Positions 19,792 to 29,919 of a stretch of DNA of 64,000 bases are shown here, piece after piece (the stretch's first letter is position 1; the number at the start of each line of letters is the position of its first letter). The notes beneath the pieces are model-generated. The model worked only from the letters and a program-made list of their open reading frames with translations, ran no database searches and was not told the DNA's origin. The position numbers and the translations under genes are program-made. The stretch is from Candidatus Hydrogenedentota bacterium (GTDB lineage Bacteria; Hydrogenedentota; Hydrogenedentia; Hydrogenedentales; SLHB01): positions 26,309 through 90,308 of the forward strand of contig CAVUWV010000030.1 in assembly GCA_963745075.1 (NCBI GenBank), read 5' to 3'.

Positions 19792-20264
19792 GTTTTGCGG
19801 GGTTGACGATCTTTCTGGTCGCGTTGGTGGGAAACGCCGACCAAGCGCTTGAGCTTCCGGTTACCATTTCGATGGTCGCCGTGCAGGCGACGAATGAGAA
19901 TCGCCCGGCGAACGAGAAGTTTTTTGAGTCCGGGTTGGAGTCGATTCGCTCCAGCCTGGAGAGTCTCCCCTTCGACACCTTCCGGAAAGTGAAATCCGAC
20001 CGCGGGCAGGTGTCGGCGCAGGAAGAGGCGAAGTTCGCCATTGACGATCGCTACACCTTGTCCGTCACCCCGTTATCCGGCGATACGGAGGGACGGGTCC
20101 GCGTGAAAGTCCGGATCACCGAGAAGGTCGAGAAGGACGGGAAGACGGTCACCCAAAAAGCCCTGGAAACAACCAGCGCAATTGTTCCGGGGCGGCACCT
20201 GCTCTTGGGGGGCCTGCCGAAAGACGGGGGTCGGCTGGCGATCCTGCTGACGGTGGAGAAGTAA
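19788..20264 (+). CDS. Secreted hypothetical protein, third gene of the ECF operon
   Basis: GTGA overlap with the previous stop; hydrophobic N-terminal signal. Confidence 0.7.
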   Translation: MSFAGLTIFLVALVGNADQALELPVTISMVAVQATNENRPANEKFFESGLESIRSSLESLPFDTFRKVKSDRGQVSAQEEAKFAIDDRYTLSVTPLSGDTEGRVRVKVRITEKVEKDGKTVTQKALETTSAIVPGRHLLLGGLPKDGGRLAILLTVEK

Positions 20265-20520
20265 GTAGTACACCGACCTTCACGGACGGGATGATTGTAG
20301 CGGTCTCGGCTTCATCCACTAATTTTGATACTCCTTCACGTTTCTCTTTCTCCCTTTCATTCAACGCCTTCCGGCGGTTCTCGCGTCCGATCTTAGTGAC
20401 AATAAATGTCGCGCGATTACCTCCATGGTCGTGGAAAACGGCGCCTAACGAGATCACCTCCCTCGGTGAAATCCATATAAGTTATTTTGCGACAGATAGT
20501 TGTGAATTTGGTGCGCCGTT

Positions 20521-20535
20521 TGGCACGGGGGTTGC
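20521..20535 (+). promoter_or_regulatory. Sigma54 -24/-12 promoter of the pilin gene
   Basis: TGGCACGGGGGTTGC matches TGGCACG-N4-TTGC exactly (GG-N10-GC); about 100 nt upstream of ATG 20633. Confidence 0.88.
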
Positions 20536-20632
20536 CTACGAAGGGGGTACAAGTTGAATGGAATGTGTCGGTCCCATGGGGGCCGATGTGGGTAATCCAA
20601 GCGACGGGATAGGAACTCTGGAGGGTAAGGTT

Positions 20633-21127
20633 ATGAAAGCAACGAAGAAATCCGGTTTCACGCTGATCGAGTTGATGATCGTGGTCGCCATTATCGCGAT
20701 CATCGCGGCTATCGCCATTCCGAACCTGCTGCGTTCGCGCATGAGTGCGAATGAAGCGGGCGCGGCGGGCGCCATGCGCACCATTTCGACGGGTGAAGTG
20801 GCCTATCAGACGGCCGCTTTCACCGACACCGACACCGACGGTGTGGGTGACTACGGCACGCTGGCCCAGTTGGCCGACCCTGATGGCGGCGGCGCCACGC
20901 CTCCGTTCATTGATTCGGTTCTCGGCAATGGCCAGAAGCATGGCTACACCTTCACGGTTGCGGTCACCAACGGTACGGCCGCCACGATGCCGGCCTACAC
21001 CTGCACGGCGATTCCGGCTGCGGCAGGCCGCACGGGCTATCGTCAGTACTTCGTCGACGAGTCCGGCGTGATTCGCTTCACCGCGGACGGCACGGCGGTT
21101 AGCGTCGCCTCGTCTCCGTTGAACTAA
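20633..21127 (+). CDS. Type IV pilin-like protein
   Basis: Class III signal KKSG|FTLIELMIVVAIIAIIAAIAIPNLL; GGAGGG RBS; GYTF and TGYRQYFVDESGVIR C-terminal motifs. Confidence 0.92.
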   Translation: MKATKKSGFTLIELMIVVAIIAIIAAIAIPNLLRSRMSANEAGAAGAMRTISTGEVAYQTAAFTDTDTDGVGDYGTLAQLADPDGGGATPPFIDSVLGNGQKHGYTFTVAVTNGTAATMPAYTCTAIPAAAGRTGYRQYFVDESGVIRFTADGTAVSVASSPLN

Positions 21128-21157
21128 AGTTAATCGAATTCCCAGCGCGAGTAGCAT

Positions 21158-21200
21158 GCAAGCGGCGGGATCCCGAGAGGGGTCCCGCCGTTGCTGTTTA
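21158..21200 (+). terminator. Intrinsic terminator after the pilin gene
   Basis: GCGGCGGGATCCC-GAGA-GGGGTCCCGCCGT hairpin followed by TGCTGTTTA. Confidence 0.75.
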
Positions 21201-21286
21201 ATCCGCGCTTCGGTTAACGTCGATGCGTATTGGCGCACAGGTTTCCGCTCCGACGATTGGCGCGTGTGAGAATTCCGGGCTGGATT

Positions 21287-21931
21287 CTAATTGACGAGGC
21301 CGTTCTCGATGGCGTAGCGGATGACGTCGGCGGTGGTTTTCAAGCGGAGTTTCTCGAGGATGCGGACACGATAGGTGCTCACGGTTTTTACGCTCAGGCA
21401 CAGTTTCTCGGCGATGGCGGTGGGCGTGAGACCCGATGCCAGGAGTTGCAGGACCTCGAATTCGCGGTTTGACAATCGTTCGTGAGGTGGACCGTCGCTG
21501 CCGGAATCGAATGACAGTGCCAATTCCTCTGCAAGGCGCCGCGAAAGGAAGCGGCCACCGGCGCAGATCTTCCGGACGGCGTTGATAAGATCCTCCACGA
21601 TGCTTTCCTTGGTGAGATAACCGGCCGCGCCCGCCTGAAGCAAACGCCGGGCGTAGATGTCTTCCGGTTGTACGGTGAGGATCAATACTGGTACTTTGGG
21701 CCGGACGGCTTGCACTTGCTTCAGCAGATCCAATCCACTGATGCCTGGCATGTTCAGGTCCATGACGATGGCGTCCCATGAGCGTTCACGGACGCGATCA
21801 AGGAGTTCCGCACCCGAAGAGGCCTCACCCTCCACGTTCAGATCGGGGGTTGAATCCAAGATGTGAATGATTCCCTGGCGGACTACAGGATGATCGTCGG
21901 CCACAATGATCGAGTTGGTCATGGTTTCCAC
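21287..21931 (-). CDS. NarL/FixJ (LuxR-HTH) response regulator
   Basis: IIVADDHPVVRQGI, MDLNMPG, GYLTK, LSNREFEVLQLLASG...LSVKTVSTYR. Confidence 0.95.
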   Translation of the reverse strand: METMTNSIIVADDHPVVRQGIIHILDSTPDLNVEGEASSGAELLDRVRERSWDAIVMDLNMPGISGLDLLKQVQAVRPKVPVLILTVQPEDIYARRLLQAGAAGYLTKESIVEDLINAVRKICAGGRFLSRRLAEELALSFDSGSDGPPHERLSNREFEVLQLLASGLTPTAIAEKLCLSVKTVSTYRVRILEKLRLKTTADVIRYAIENGLVN

Positions 21932-21935
21932 GCTG

Positions 21936-23192
21936 CTATTTCACATTCAAGACGGGCAGATGAGATCCGATTCGTTCTTCCGATCCGCTGAAGGGGATGG
22001 CAACTTCGACGCGGGTTCCGGCGCCATTCTGGGATTCCATGGTGAACCTTCCTCCAAGCAACGTAACACGTTCGCGCATGCCCAGGATACCGAAGCCTTT
22101 CGACTCGCCGAGAGTCGATCCGCCGGTTATGCCGCGGCCATTATCTTCCACGACTAATTCGAGCCATCCGTTTTGCTCAGTACATTGAAACTGTACGTGC
22201 GTTGCTTCGGCGTGGCGAGCGACATTGGTCAAGCACTCCTGGGCAATCCGGAAGATCGCGGTGGCCTTTTCCTTGGCTACGTCCAAACTCTCGTCGAAAA
22301 GCTTAACGGTACAGCGGGTTTTGGTACGCGTTTGAAAGTCACGTGTCAACCATTCCAGTGCAGCATGTAGCCCCAGGTCGTCGAGAATGGCGGGATGCAG
22401 TTCGGTCACGATACGGCGCGTCGTCCCCACCATTATGTCGACTTGGCGCGACAGTGAGGCGAGGATATTCGCGTAGGGCTCGCTGGTCCCCGTTCGCTCG
22501 TGCAGTTGGCGTTTCAGCCGTTCCAAGTCGATTCGGAGAGCAGTAAGATTCTGGCCGAGTTCGTCGTGTAATTCGCGGGCGATGCGTGCGCGTTCCAATT
22601 CCCGAACCTCTTGCACATGAGCTGTCAGTCGTCGCAATTCGTCGCGTGATTGCCGCAATTCGTCTTCCGCGCGTATACGTTCGCCAATTTCGTCGCGCAG
22701 CTTCGTTTGCTCCCGTTGGAGGATAGCTTTAATGAGAACCATCTCGATCAGGGCGAAGTAGAATGTGGCAAGGAGTATGACGACACCTGTCATCATGAGC
22801 AAGTTCTCAGCGATCCCGCCCCATTCCAGAAGCTGGCTTTGGTGTGTGTGCCAGAAGGATGTTTCCCGAAACACGCTGAGGCCTTGTGCGAGCAAGAGCG
22901 CGGCGACCCCAGCCAACACCATCCACCGGAGCTGAGCTTGCCGGTGAATCATGAAGATAAGGTACAAGGCCGCGGCGCACAAAAGAGCAAGCGATACGAA
23001 ACTCACCGATTTCGCAACGAGTGAGTCGACGCCAAGTGTCTCACCAAGAATCCTTATCGTGACTTCGAGAAAGAATGCGGTGAGCACGGCAATCGCTACC
23101 GCGTAGCGCACTCGTCGTACGCGTTCGGGCGAAAACGTTTTGAGTGCAGTATGCGCGGCAGGGCCATGCCGTTGTTTGTGAGGTCTGTTCAC
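21936..23192 (-). CDS. Membrane sensor histidine kinase (HisKA_3, NarX/UhpB-like)
   Basis: Several N-terminal TMs; ERARIARELHDELGQ, FRIAQECLTNVARHA, DNGRG, GFGILGMRERV. Confidence 0.93.
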   Translation of the reverse strand: MNRPHKQRHGPAAHTALKTFSPERVRRVRYAVAIAVLTAFFLEVTIRILGETLGVDSLVAKSVSFVSLALLCAAALYLIFMIHRQAQLRWMVLAGVAALLLAQGLSVFRETSFWHTHQSQLLEWGGIAENLLMMTGVVILLATFYFALIEMVLIKAILQREQTKLRDEIGERIRAEDELRQSRDELRRLTAHVQEVRELERARIARELHDELGQNLTALRIDLERLKRQLHERTGTSEPYANILASLSRQVDIMVGTTRRIVTELHPAILDDLGLHAALEWLTRDFQTRTKTRCTVKLFDESLDVAKEKATAIFRIAQECLTNVARHAEATHVQFQCTEQNGWLELVVEDNGRGITGGSTLGESKGFGILGMRERVTLLGGRFTMESQNGAGTRVEVAIPFSGSEERIGSHLPVLNVK

Positions 23193-23720
23193 GGTCTAGG
23201 GCCGAATCCCTTGATGCGGGCACTACCATGTTCGCGATATCGCGAGTGAGCGCACCAACCTTTGCAGCGGACATGTCACCATGCGCGGGGCTTACCTTGC
23301 CCCGCCAGGAACATTATAACGCATTCCATGTTCGAACTGGCGCGAAAAATGGCGCTTGGGCCGGACAAAGTTTGTAGGCCAAAACCCGACACAGCCGGTT
23401 CAGCCTATTCTTACGCGAAAATGGCCGTTTGTCCGATAACGGGAATTCCGGCCTGCGAGATATACTTCCGTGTGAAGCGGCTGCGTAAGCATTAAGGCTG
23501 TTGCGAAGGAGGCCCCACAACGTTCTCTTTGAAAGGGAGTTGGAAGATGTACGCCTCCCACGGGGCGAATATGGAGTCTCCAACGTGTCAATCGCGCAGC
23601 CCATACTGCTCGGCAGAATTCTCCCTAAAGTCTTTTTGAACGGCGGCAAGCAGTGTGAAGTTTGGGCGGTGCATGCGATTTGCTGCACCCGCCGGGCCGG
23701 TTGAAGACGAAGGAGGCAGT

Positions 23721-24131
23721 ATGCGGGTGGATGCGAGGGACAGGCATTTGGGTGCGGGATCGCGAGGACGCGGCGTAAGATCAGATGGCGACCAAGTTGG
23801 GACTAACAAATACACGGGATTGCCGTTCGCAATGGTCCCATTGTGGATGCTCAGGGTTTTGCACGACGAGAAGAAGCACGCGGGCCATAAGGAATTAACG
23901 GAGTTGTGTTCGCGGCTCGAAGAGCGAATCATTCACTTTCAACAGAATCCTCGGCCAGGTTCTGATTCTCTCCTGGAACGGCTCGAAGAGGTTACACAGT
24001 CCTTTTGTCGCGATCGAGCTGAATGGAAGACTGAAAGTTCGCTGTCACCGCAACCAGCAGGACCGTTTGTTACGGAGACATCTTCTAATGTCCATCCATC
24101 GAATTGGAACTGGCGCGCGAACCGGCGATAG
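23721..24131 (+). CDS. Hypothetical protein
   Basis: AAGGAGG RBS 4 nt before ATG 23721; helical-looking central part; no recognisable family. Confidence 0.4.
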   Translation: MRVDARDRHLGAGSRGRGVRSDGDQVGTNKYTGLPFAMVPLWMLRVLHDEKKHAGHKELTELCSRLEERIIHFQQNPRPGSDSLLERLEEVTQSFCRDRAEWKTESSLSPQPAGPFVTETSSNVHPSNWNWRANRR

Positions 24132-24230
24132 TCCGCATTTCTCGCCGCCACGAGAGTCGACGTTTTGCCGGCCGGTAGCTTGGCGCGGTGAGAAATGCTT
24201 TCGAGAATTCCGGGATCGGAGGTATGAACG

Positions 24231-24617
24231 ATGAGATGCCAACGCATGGTTGTAGCCACCCTGGCCGTTGCGGTGGGTTTGTTTGCGCTCAGCACTACGG
24301 CATTCGCGGTAACCATGGATAATGTCGAACTCGCCGGCAAAGCGATCCACACGATTGAAAAACGTGGCGATCGGCAGGTGGAGATCTTTGCCGTAGTCGT
24401 GAAATCGGCCACGGCCAAGGACGGTGATACGATCGTGGAATTGGCCGGGAAGACGGTCGCGATCACCGGCCCGGAAACCGCAGAAATCGCCAAAAGCGAC
24501 GGCCACAAGGTGCTTGCATTCGGCACGTTGTCGGAGGATAAGACGACCTTAGAGGCCGACAGCGTGATTAAAGTACCCCCGGCGAAAAACTCCTCCGCCG
24601 AAGTGTTTCAGCCATAA
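24231..24617 (+). CDS. Secreted hypothetical protein
   Basis: GGAGGT RBS; signal peptide ending TTAFA; beta-rich mature part. Confidence 0.7.
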   Translation: MRCQRMVVATLAVAVGLFALSTTAFAVTMDNVELAGKAIHTIEKRGDRQVEIFAVVVKSATAKDGDTIVELAGKTVAITGPETAEIAKSDGHKVLAFGTLSEDKTTLEADSVIKVPPAKNSSAEVFQP

Positions 24618-24667
24618 GTAGGACCTTGACACGTTCTACGGGCGATCTTCGTCCGTTCCGTAATAGA

Positions 24668-24712
24668 GCCGTACGCATGTTTGGCTTATACCACGGTCCA
24701 CATGCGTACGGC
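24668..24712. terminator. Perfect 13-bp inverted repeat between convergent genes
   Basis: GCCGTACGCATGT-N19-ACATGCGTACGGC. Confidence 0.5.
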
Positions 24713-24851
24713 GCATTCATTTGATTGGCGTGGGATCCCCTGAAATCCGGCAGAACCCAAGTACCGCCAGTATCGCCCCCCCCCGCGAATCTGTTGTTTC
24801 ACACTCCGCACCTTTCTCTTTCCGGTCGGCAAAACTCCACGGATTCCGGAT

Positions 24852-25190
24852 TCAGGGGGCAATAAGGGGGGGCGAGGTCAACTCCGGTTGATTGGGATTC
24901 AATGACAGCAACCGCGAGAACATGTGACGGGCCATTTCCCGGTCGTTCATCTCATTGAAATAGATCAAGCCGAGTTCCCGGAACACCTTGGCGTCCTGCG
25001 GGGTGATCTGACTCAAGAACTGAAGCCGGTTTAATGCTTCCCGTGCGTTTCCTGTTTGTCGTAGGCACTGCGCGCTGAACCGTAGCTTCCGGGTCTCCCC
25101 TCCGCGTTGCGAGGATGCGCGCGAATAGCGTGAGGGCCTGTTCCGGCTGGCCTTGTTGCAGCCACCCGAGATAGCGTTTATGACCCTCGC
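24852..25190 (-). pseudogene. Startless TPR-protein C-terminal fragment
   Basis: Manual translation: LGWLQQGQPEQALTLFARILA, then a frameshift, then FSAQCLRQTGNAREALNRLQFLSQITPQDAKVFRELGLIYFNEMNDREMARHMFSRLLSLNPNQPEL. No in-frame start found before the fucosidase stop. Confidence 0.55.
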
Positions 25191-25213
25191 TGGGTCGGCG
25201 ACCGCGCGAGTAC

Positions 25214-26566
25214 CTACTGGGTGACGTTTAGTTCGTCCTTCAATTTGAGCGCTACGGTCGATGAGATTGGGTCGGGCGCGTTCTTGGGAAGTTGGATGAC
25301 GACGCCTTCGGGAGTCGAATCCGTTTCGAGGGCGGTGTCAGGTTCCGCGAGCAGGTACGCGTGGCCGACGGTGGACTTGAGTCCGGGGGCGAGCAGAACG
25401 TCCGTCGGAGGGCCAATCGAAGACGTGCAGGTACAGGGTGGCCCCGTCGTCGTCAATCTTCTTCGTGCAGCGGCCCCACGGGAGGTTGCTGAAGGGGCTG
25501 GCGGTGGTGCCGTAGATCGCCTCGCCGTTGACGTCCATCCAGTCGCCGATCGCCTTGAGCCGGTCGATGGAGGGCTGGGGGATGAGGCCTTCCGAAGTCG
25601 GGCCGACGTTGAGCAGGTAGTTGCCGCCTTTCGAAGTGATGTCGACCAGATTTCGGATGAGCGTCTCCGTGCTTTTCCAGTTGTCGTCGTAGCTCTTGTA
25701 TCCCCAGGTATCGTTCATGGTCATGCAGACTTCCCAGTCACGACCTTCGATACCCGTATCGGGGATGTGCTGCTCGGGGGTATCCGTGTCGCCGTCGAAA
25801 CCGCCGCCGAGACGGTTGTTGGTGATGATGCCGGGCTGGAGTTCGGTCAGCGGGAACAGTTTGGCCGCGCGCTCCGGGGTCATGTCGTAGGGCGTGTCCC
25901 ACCAGAGAATGGCGAGAGGAGCCGTAGTTCGTCAGAATCTCTTTCACCTGGGGCACGGCAACGTTCGTCGATGTAAGCGTCCATGTCGCCATCCTGTGCG
26001 GGGTCCCAGTGGCCGCCCTTGGCCGCGCCGCCGGGATTGTTCCAGTCCTGAGCCTGGGAATAGTAGAACCCGAGTTTCATGCCGTGTTTGTGGCAGGCGT
26101 CGGCGAGGGGTCTTAGTAGGTCCTTACCATAGGGAGTGGCGTCGACGACGTTCCAGTCGGAGGCCTTGGAATCGAAGAGCGCGAAGCCGTCGTGGTGTTT
26201 GGACGTGATGACGATGTACTTCATGCCGGCGTCCTGTGCCATCTGCACCCAGGCATCCGGGTCGTACTTCACGGGATTGAACTGCTTGGCGTATTCGCGG
26301 TATTCGCTCACGGGGATCTGGGCGTGATGCATGATCCATTCGCCGATGCCGTCAATCCGTTCGCCCTTGTAGGTCCCCGCAGGCACGCTGTAGACGCCCC
26401 AGTGAATGAACATGCCGAATCGGGCTTCGCGCCACCATTCCATGCGCGCGTCGCGCTGCGCCGGCGTCTCCTTGAGACCGAGTTCCTGGGCGCCGGCAAA
26501 TTGGGCGAGTAACCCGAGGGTCAGGATGGTGGTTAATGCTAAGGCGACAGTTCGTTTGGTTTGCAT
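25214..26566 (-). CDS. Alpha-L-fucosidase (GH29), split by three apparent +1 frameshifts
   Basis: WWREARFGMFIHWG, AGMKYIVITSKHHDGFALF, ILWWDTP (nucleophile region, recovered across a shift), WEVCMTMNDTWGY, GGNYLLNVGP. Confidence 0.92.
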
Positions 26567-26805
26567 GACTTCCCCTACTTCTCCCGCCCAGCGTGCGGGT
26601 CGTACTTGCGGACGTTAATGTACCATTCTGCCACTTGGGGCACGCCTGAGTCACGCGGATGACCAGGGCAACCGCAGCAAGATTGTTGGATCACGGAAGC
26701 GTGGCCGTCCGGGCTGCCGAAGACACAATGCGAAAACGACGAAATGGGTCCCCACTGGGAGCGCCAGGCTCTGCTTGCCCCCACGTCTCCGTGGAGAAAG
26801 GTACG

Positions 26806-28516
26806 TCAGGACGTGATTTGGATGGCGCTCGGCTTCCGTTTTCGCACGGCAATGAATCCCGTTAGGCTCAACAGGAGGACGAGCCAGGGCAAACCACCGA
26901 GCGGCACATCGGGGACGTTCCGAGGGATCGTAGGGGTCGGTACCGAGCATGGCCTCGAACTTGTCGGGGTAGCCGTCGCCGTCGGAATCCAGATCGAGGA
27001 AGTTGGGTTTGCCGTCCAAATCGATGTCGGCCAGGCCTTCATAGCTGTCAAGAAGCGTATCGCCGTCGGAATCGGTGTCGGCGAAGTTGTAGATGCCGTC
27101 GTGGTCTTCGTCGCCGGAACCTTCGTCCTCGTTGAGGATCCCATCGCCGTCGTTGTCGCCGGTGGCGGGGTTCCAGTCGTAGCGTGAGGCTACCGTCCCC
27201 ATATGGTAACCGTCATTATCCCAGACATTATACGCGCCTATCCACGTACCTTGGCGGCTCGCGGCGTAACCCGTGGCAAAAACGCCCGCGGCGTAGTTGG
27301 CAAAGGGAGGCGTTATGTCGCTATGGTTTTCCCAAGTCGCGCCGCCGTCGTGAGAGGAGGCCGCAGCCATACGCCGAGTTGAGTGACTCTTAGCCCAATA
27401 GACCATCCAGTGCCCTCGTTTGTCGGTGGCGACCGCTGGATATTCATCTTGATCGAACAACGAGTTGGAACTTACGAGTCCCATGGAAGACCACGAACCG
27501 CCATAATTTGCCGAGTGGACAAATAGGATGTCGGGATCGCTATCGAAACCGAGGCCATGGTCTGCATCCGAGCCCCACACCAGCACGACATTTCCGTTGC
27601 CGTCAGCGGCTAGAGCGGGTTCCCGGTCAGTACGATCGTTGATAGAGGTGTGCGAGAGGGGCAGCGGAGTCGACCACTCAGTCCCGTTATTCGTCCCTCG
27701 GGCATAGAACAGGTCAAGATCGGTACCAATTGTATCGCCAAAGGTATTGTTCGAGGTCCACACCAGACACCATTTGCCATTCCCAGCGTATGCGATCGCG
27801 CTGGTGGTGCTGGCGCTGCTGGTGGTGGTGTAGGCGTCCGTGAGTAGCACAATCCGGGTACCCCACGAAGCGCCATTATCGGTCGATGCCGCGACGTGAA
27901 AACCGCCGTGACGGTTGGGGTAGGCCTCATTCACCATGAAGTACCAGCAAACGACCCAGTTACCCGAGGAATCCGTTGCGATTTGCGGTTGTAGCGCGAA
28001 GACGCTGCCGGTGGCGGCCTCACTGTTCACCTGGGCTCGGTTTGACCACGTTATACCGCCGTCCGTCGAACGCGTTGCAAAGATGTTCTGTCCGCTCCAC
28101 GTGACAATCCAATCGCCATTTCCAAATTCGATGCTGGGAGAGTTTTCATGAAGACTGTCGGTGGTCATGTCAGCCAGGAGGAGCGCAGCCGGGGTCCACG
28201 TCTTTCCGTCATCGGTGGAACGGACGAAGTAAATATCGCCGTCGATTCCGCTCCCCAGCACATCCTCCGACGAATCGCACACGGCAATCCAGGTGCCGTT
28301 GCCATCCGTGGCGACGTTGACGCCAAAGATGCCTCCGTTTGGCGCGTCGAACTGGACCACGGGTGTTTCAAAGGCGAACTGGGCGAACGCCGTCGGTGCA
28401 AGCAGTGTTAAGGAGACAACAAGTAACGTGACGCACCGCAGTCGTTGGAAACCCCACGTTGGAGCCACGCTTTGCTCCGAAGGGCGAACGCTCTTGGAAT
28501 GTGAATACGTGAACAT
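26806..28516 (-). CDS. Secreted BNR/Asp-box (sialidase-like) repeat protein with DxDxDG Ca-binding repeats and C-terminal anchor (one frameshift near 26910)
   Basis: Repeated [24 protein letters not shown] Asp boxes; [21 protein letters not shown]. Removing one C from a C4 run gives the end [28 protein letters not shown]. Confidence 0.8.
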
Positions 28517-28753
28517 GCTTCGCACCCCCCAATCGATCGGATCCCCCATCATTTGTGCCGATCTAACGCAGTAATTATAGAGAACGCCATGCATTCTGGC
28601 AAGTTGCATAACTGTGGCATTTTGTGGGACGTTCGATTTTTGCCTAACCGCAATGATTTGAAACGGTAAGCCATCTCCGGGGAACGCGTGTCATAGGTGG
28701 GGTGAACGGAGTTTCATGCGACAGACGTGAGGGAATCGGGTAGCGGTTTTCGC

Positions 28754-29809
28754 TCAATACTCCGGAGCGGTTTCTTCGACGAGGGATTCGCGGATGCGGA
28801 CGTAGGAGTCGTAGCGGGCTTTGGCGATGTGGTGCGCTTCGACGGCGGCTTTGACGGCGCAGTGGGGTTCGTGGATGTGGGTGCAATTGCGGAACCGGCA
28901 GTCGCTCGCGAGTACGGCAATCTCGTGGAAGAAGAAGTCGAGTTCCTCGGGGGACACGCCCCAGAGGCCGAGTTGTTTGACACCGGGCGTGTCGATGATG
29001 GTGGCGCCGTTGGCGAGGGTGTAGAGCTTGGAATAGGTCGTGGTGTGTCGGCCCTTCTGGGTGCTCTCGCTGATCTCCTGGGTGTCGATACTGATGGTAG
29101 GCTCAAGGGCGTTGATGATGGACGACTTCCCGACTCCGCTGTGTCCGGTGAGGACACTGACACGGCCCGCCAGTTCGCCGCTCAGCCGTTCGAATCCCAT
29201 ATCGAATGCACAACTCGTGTTGAACACTTCGAGTCCAAGATCGCGATAGGGTTGCACGCCGGCCGGTTCGCGGTCACCGAGGTCCATCTTGTTGACGACG
29301 AGAATCGGCGTGGCGCCGCCGGCTTGCGCCGCGACGAGGTAGCGGTCGATGAGGCCGGGATTGAACGCGGGCTTGGCCACGGATGCGACGATGATAACGC
29401 GGTCGATGTTTGCCGCGATGACCTGTTCGCCGTTGCGGCCCACGGCAGGACGGCTCAGTTTGGTGCGGCGCGGTCGTGCGGCACGAATGATCAGTTCTTC
29501 GCCGTCCTCTTCGACGAACACGTCGTCGCCGGGGGCGAGGACGGAGGTTTTCCCGTCCATGAGTGCGTCATCCACGCGACATATGTACTCGGTATCCGTG
29601 CGTAACACGAAGGCGAGGGCGCCGTAGGGCGTGATGACGAGGGCGTTGGGTTCACAATCCGTGAAATACTCGCGCTCGACGGAGGGCAAACGGACCGCGC
29701 CGCGGTCTTCGCGGCGGGCGCGGGACTCGCGGGCGAGGGTGTCCGCGTCGCCGGGATCCCACTGACGGCGGCGGACGGGCTTACTCTTTTTGACGACTTT
29801 CTTGGACAT
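28754..29809 (-). CDS. rsgA: Ribosome small subunit-dependent GTPase A
   Basis: IAANID, LVVNKMD, GHSGVGKSS, GRHTTT, IDTPG, CRFRNCTHIHEPHCAV zinc motif. Confidence 0.97.
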   Translation of the reverse strand: MSKKVVKKSKPVRRRQWDPGDADTLARESRARREDRGAVRLPSVEREYFTDCEPNALVITPYGALAFVLRTDTEYICRVDDALMDGKTSVLAPGDDVFVEEDGEELIIRAARPRRTKLSRPAVGRNGEQVIAANIDRVIIVASVAKPAFNPGLIDRYLVAAQAGGATPILVVNKMDLGDREPAGVQPYRDLGLEVFNTSCAFDMGFERLSGELAGRVSVLTGHSGVGKSSIINALEPTISIDTQEISESTQKGRHTTTYSKLYTLANGATIIDTPGVKQLGLWGVSPEELDFFFHEIAVLASDCRFRNCTHIHEPHCAVKAAVEAHHIAKARYDSYVRIRESLVEETAPEY

Positions 29810-29919
29810 GATGTTCAGTTTGTTATCGGTCCGCTGTCAATTTGGTGAAAGACCGGTGGAACAGCGGGGACACGAGCGACGTTTCGATTCGTTGATTCCC
29901 CACTCCGGACTCCAGCCTT

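Noticed and set aside
21262-21275. 14-mer GCGTGTGAGAATTC shared with 6607-6620
   Set aside because: Several exact 14-mer matches are expected by chance in 64 kb on two strands, and the contexts are unrelated.
25214-26566. Calling the fucosidase and the other split genes pseudogenes
   Set aside because: Catalytic motifs are intact, I saw no in-frame nonsense codons in the reconstructed frames, and an essential gene shows the same defect, so sequencing error is more parsimonious.
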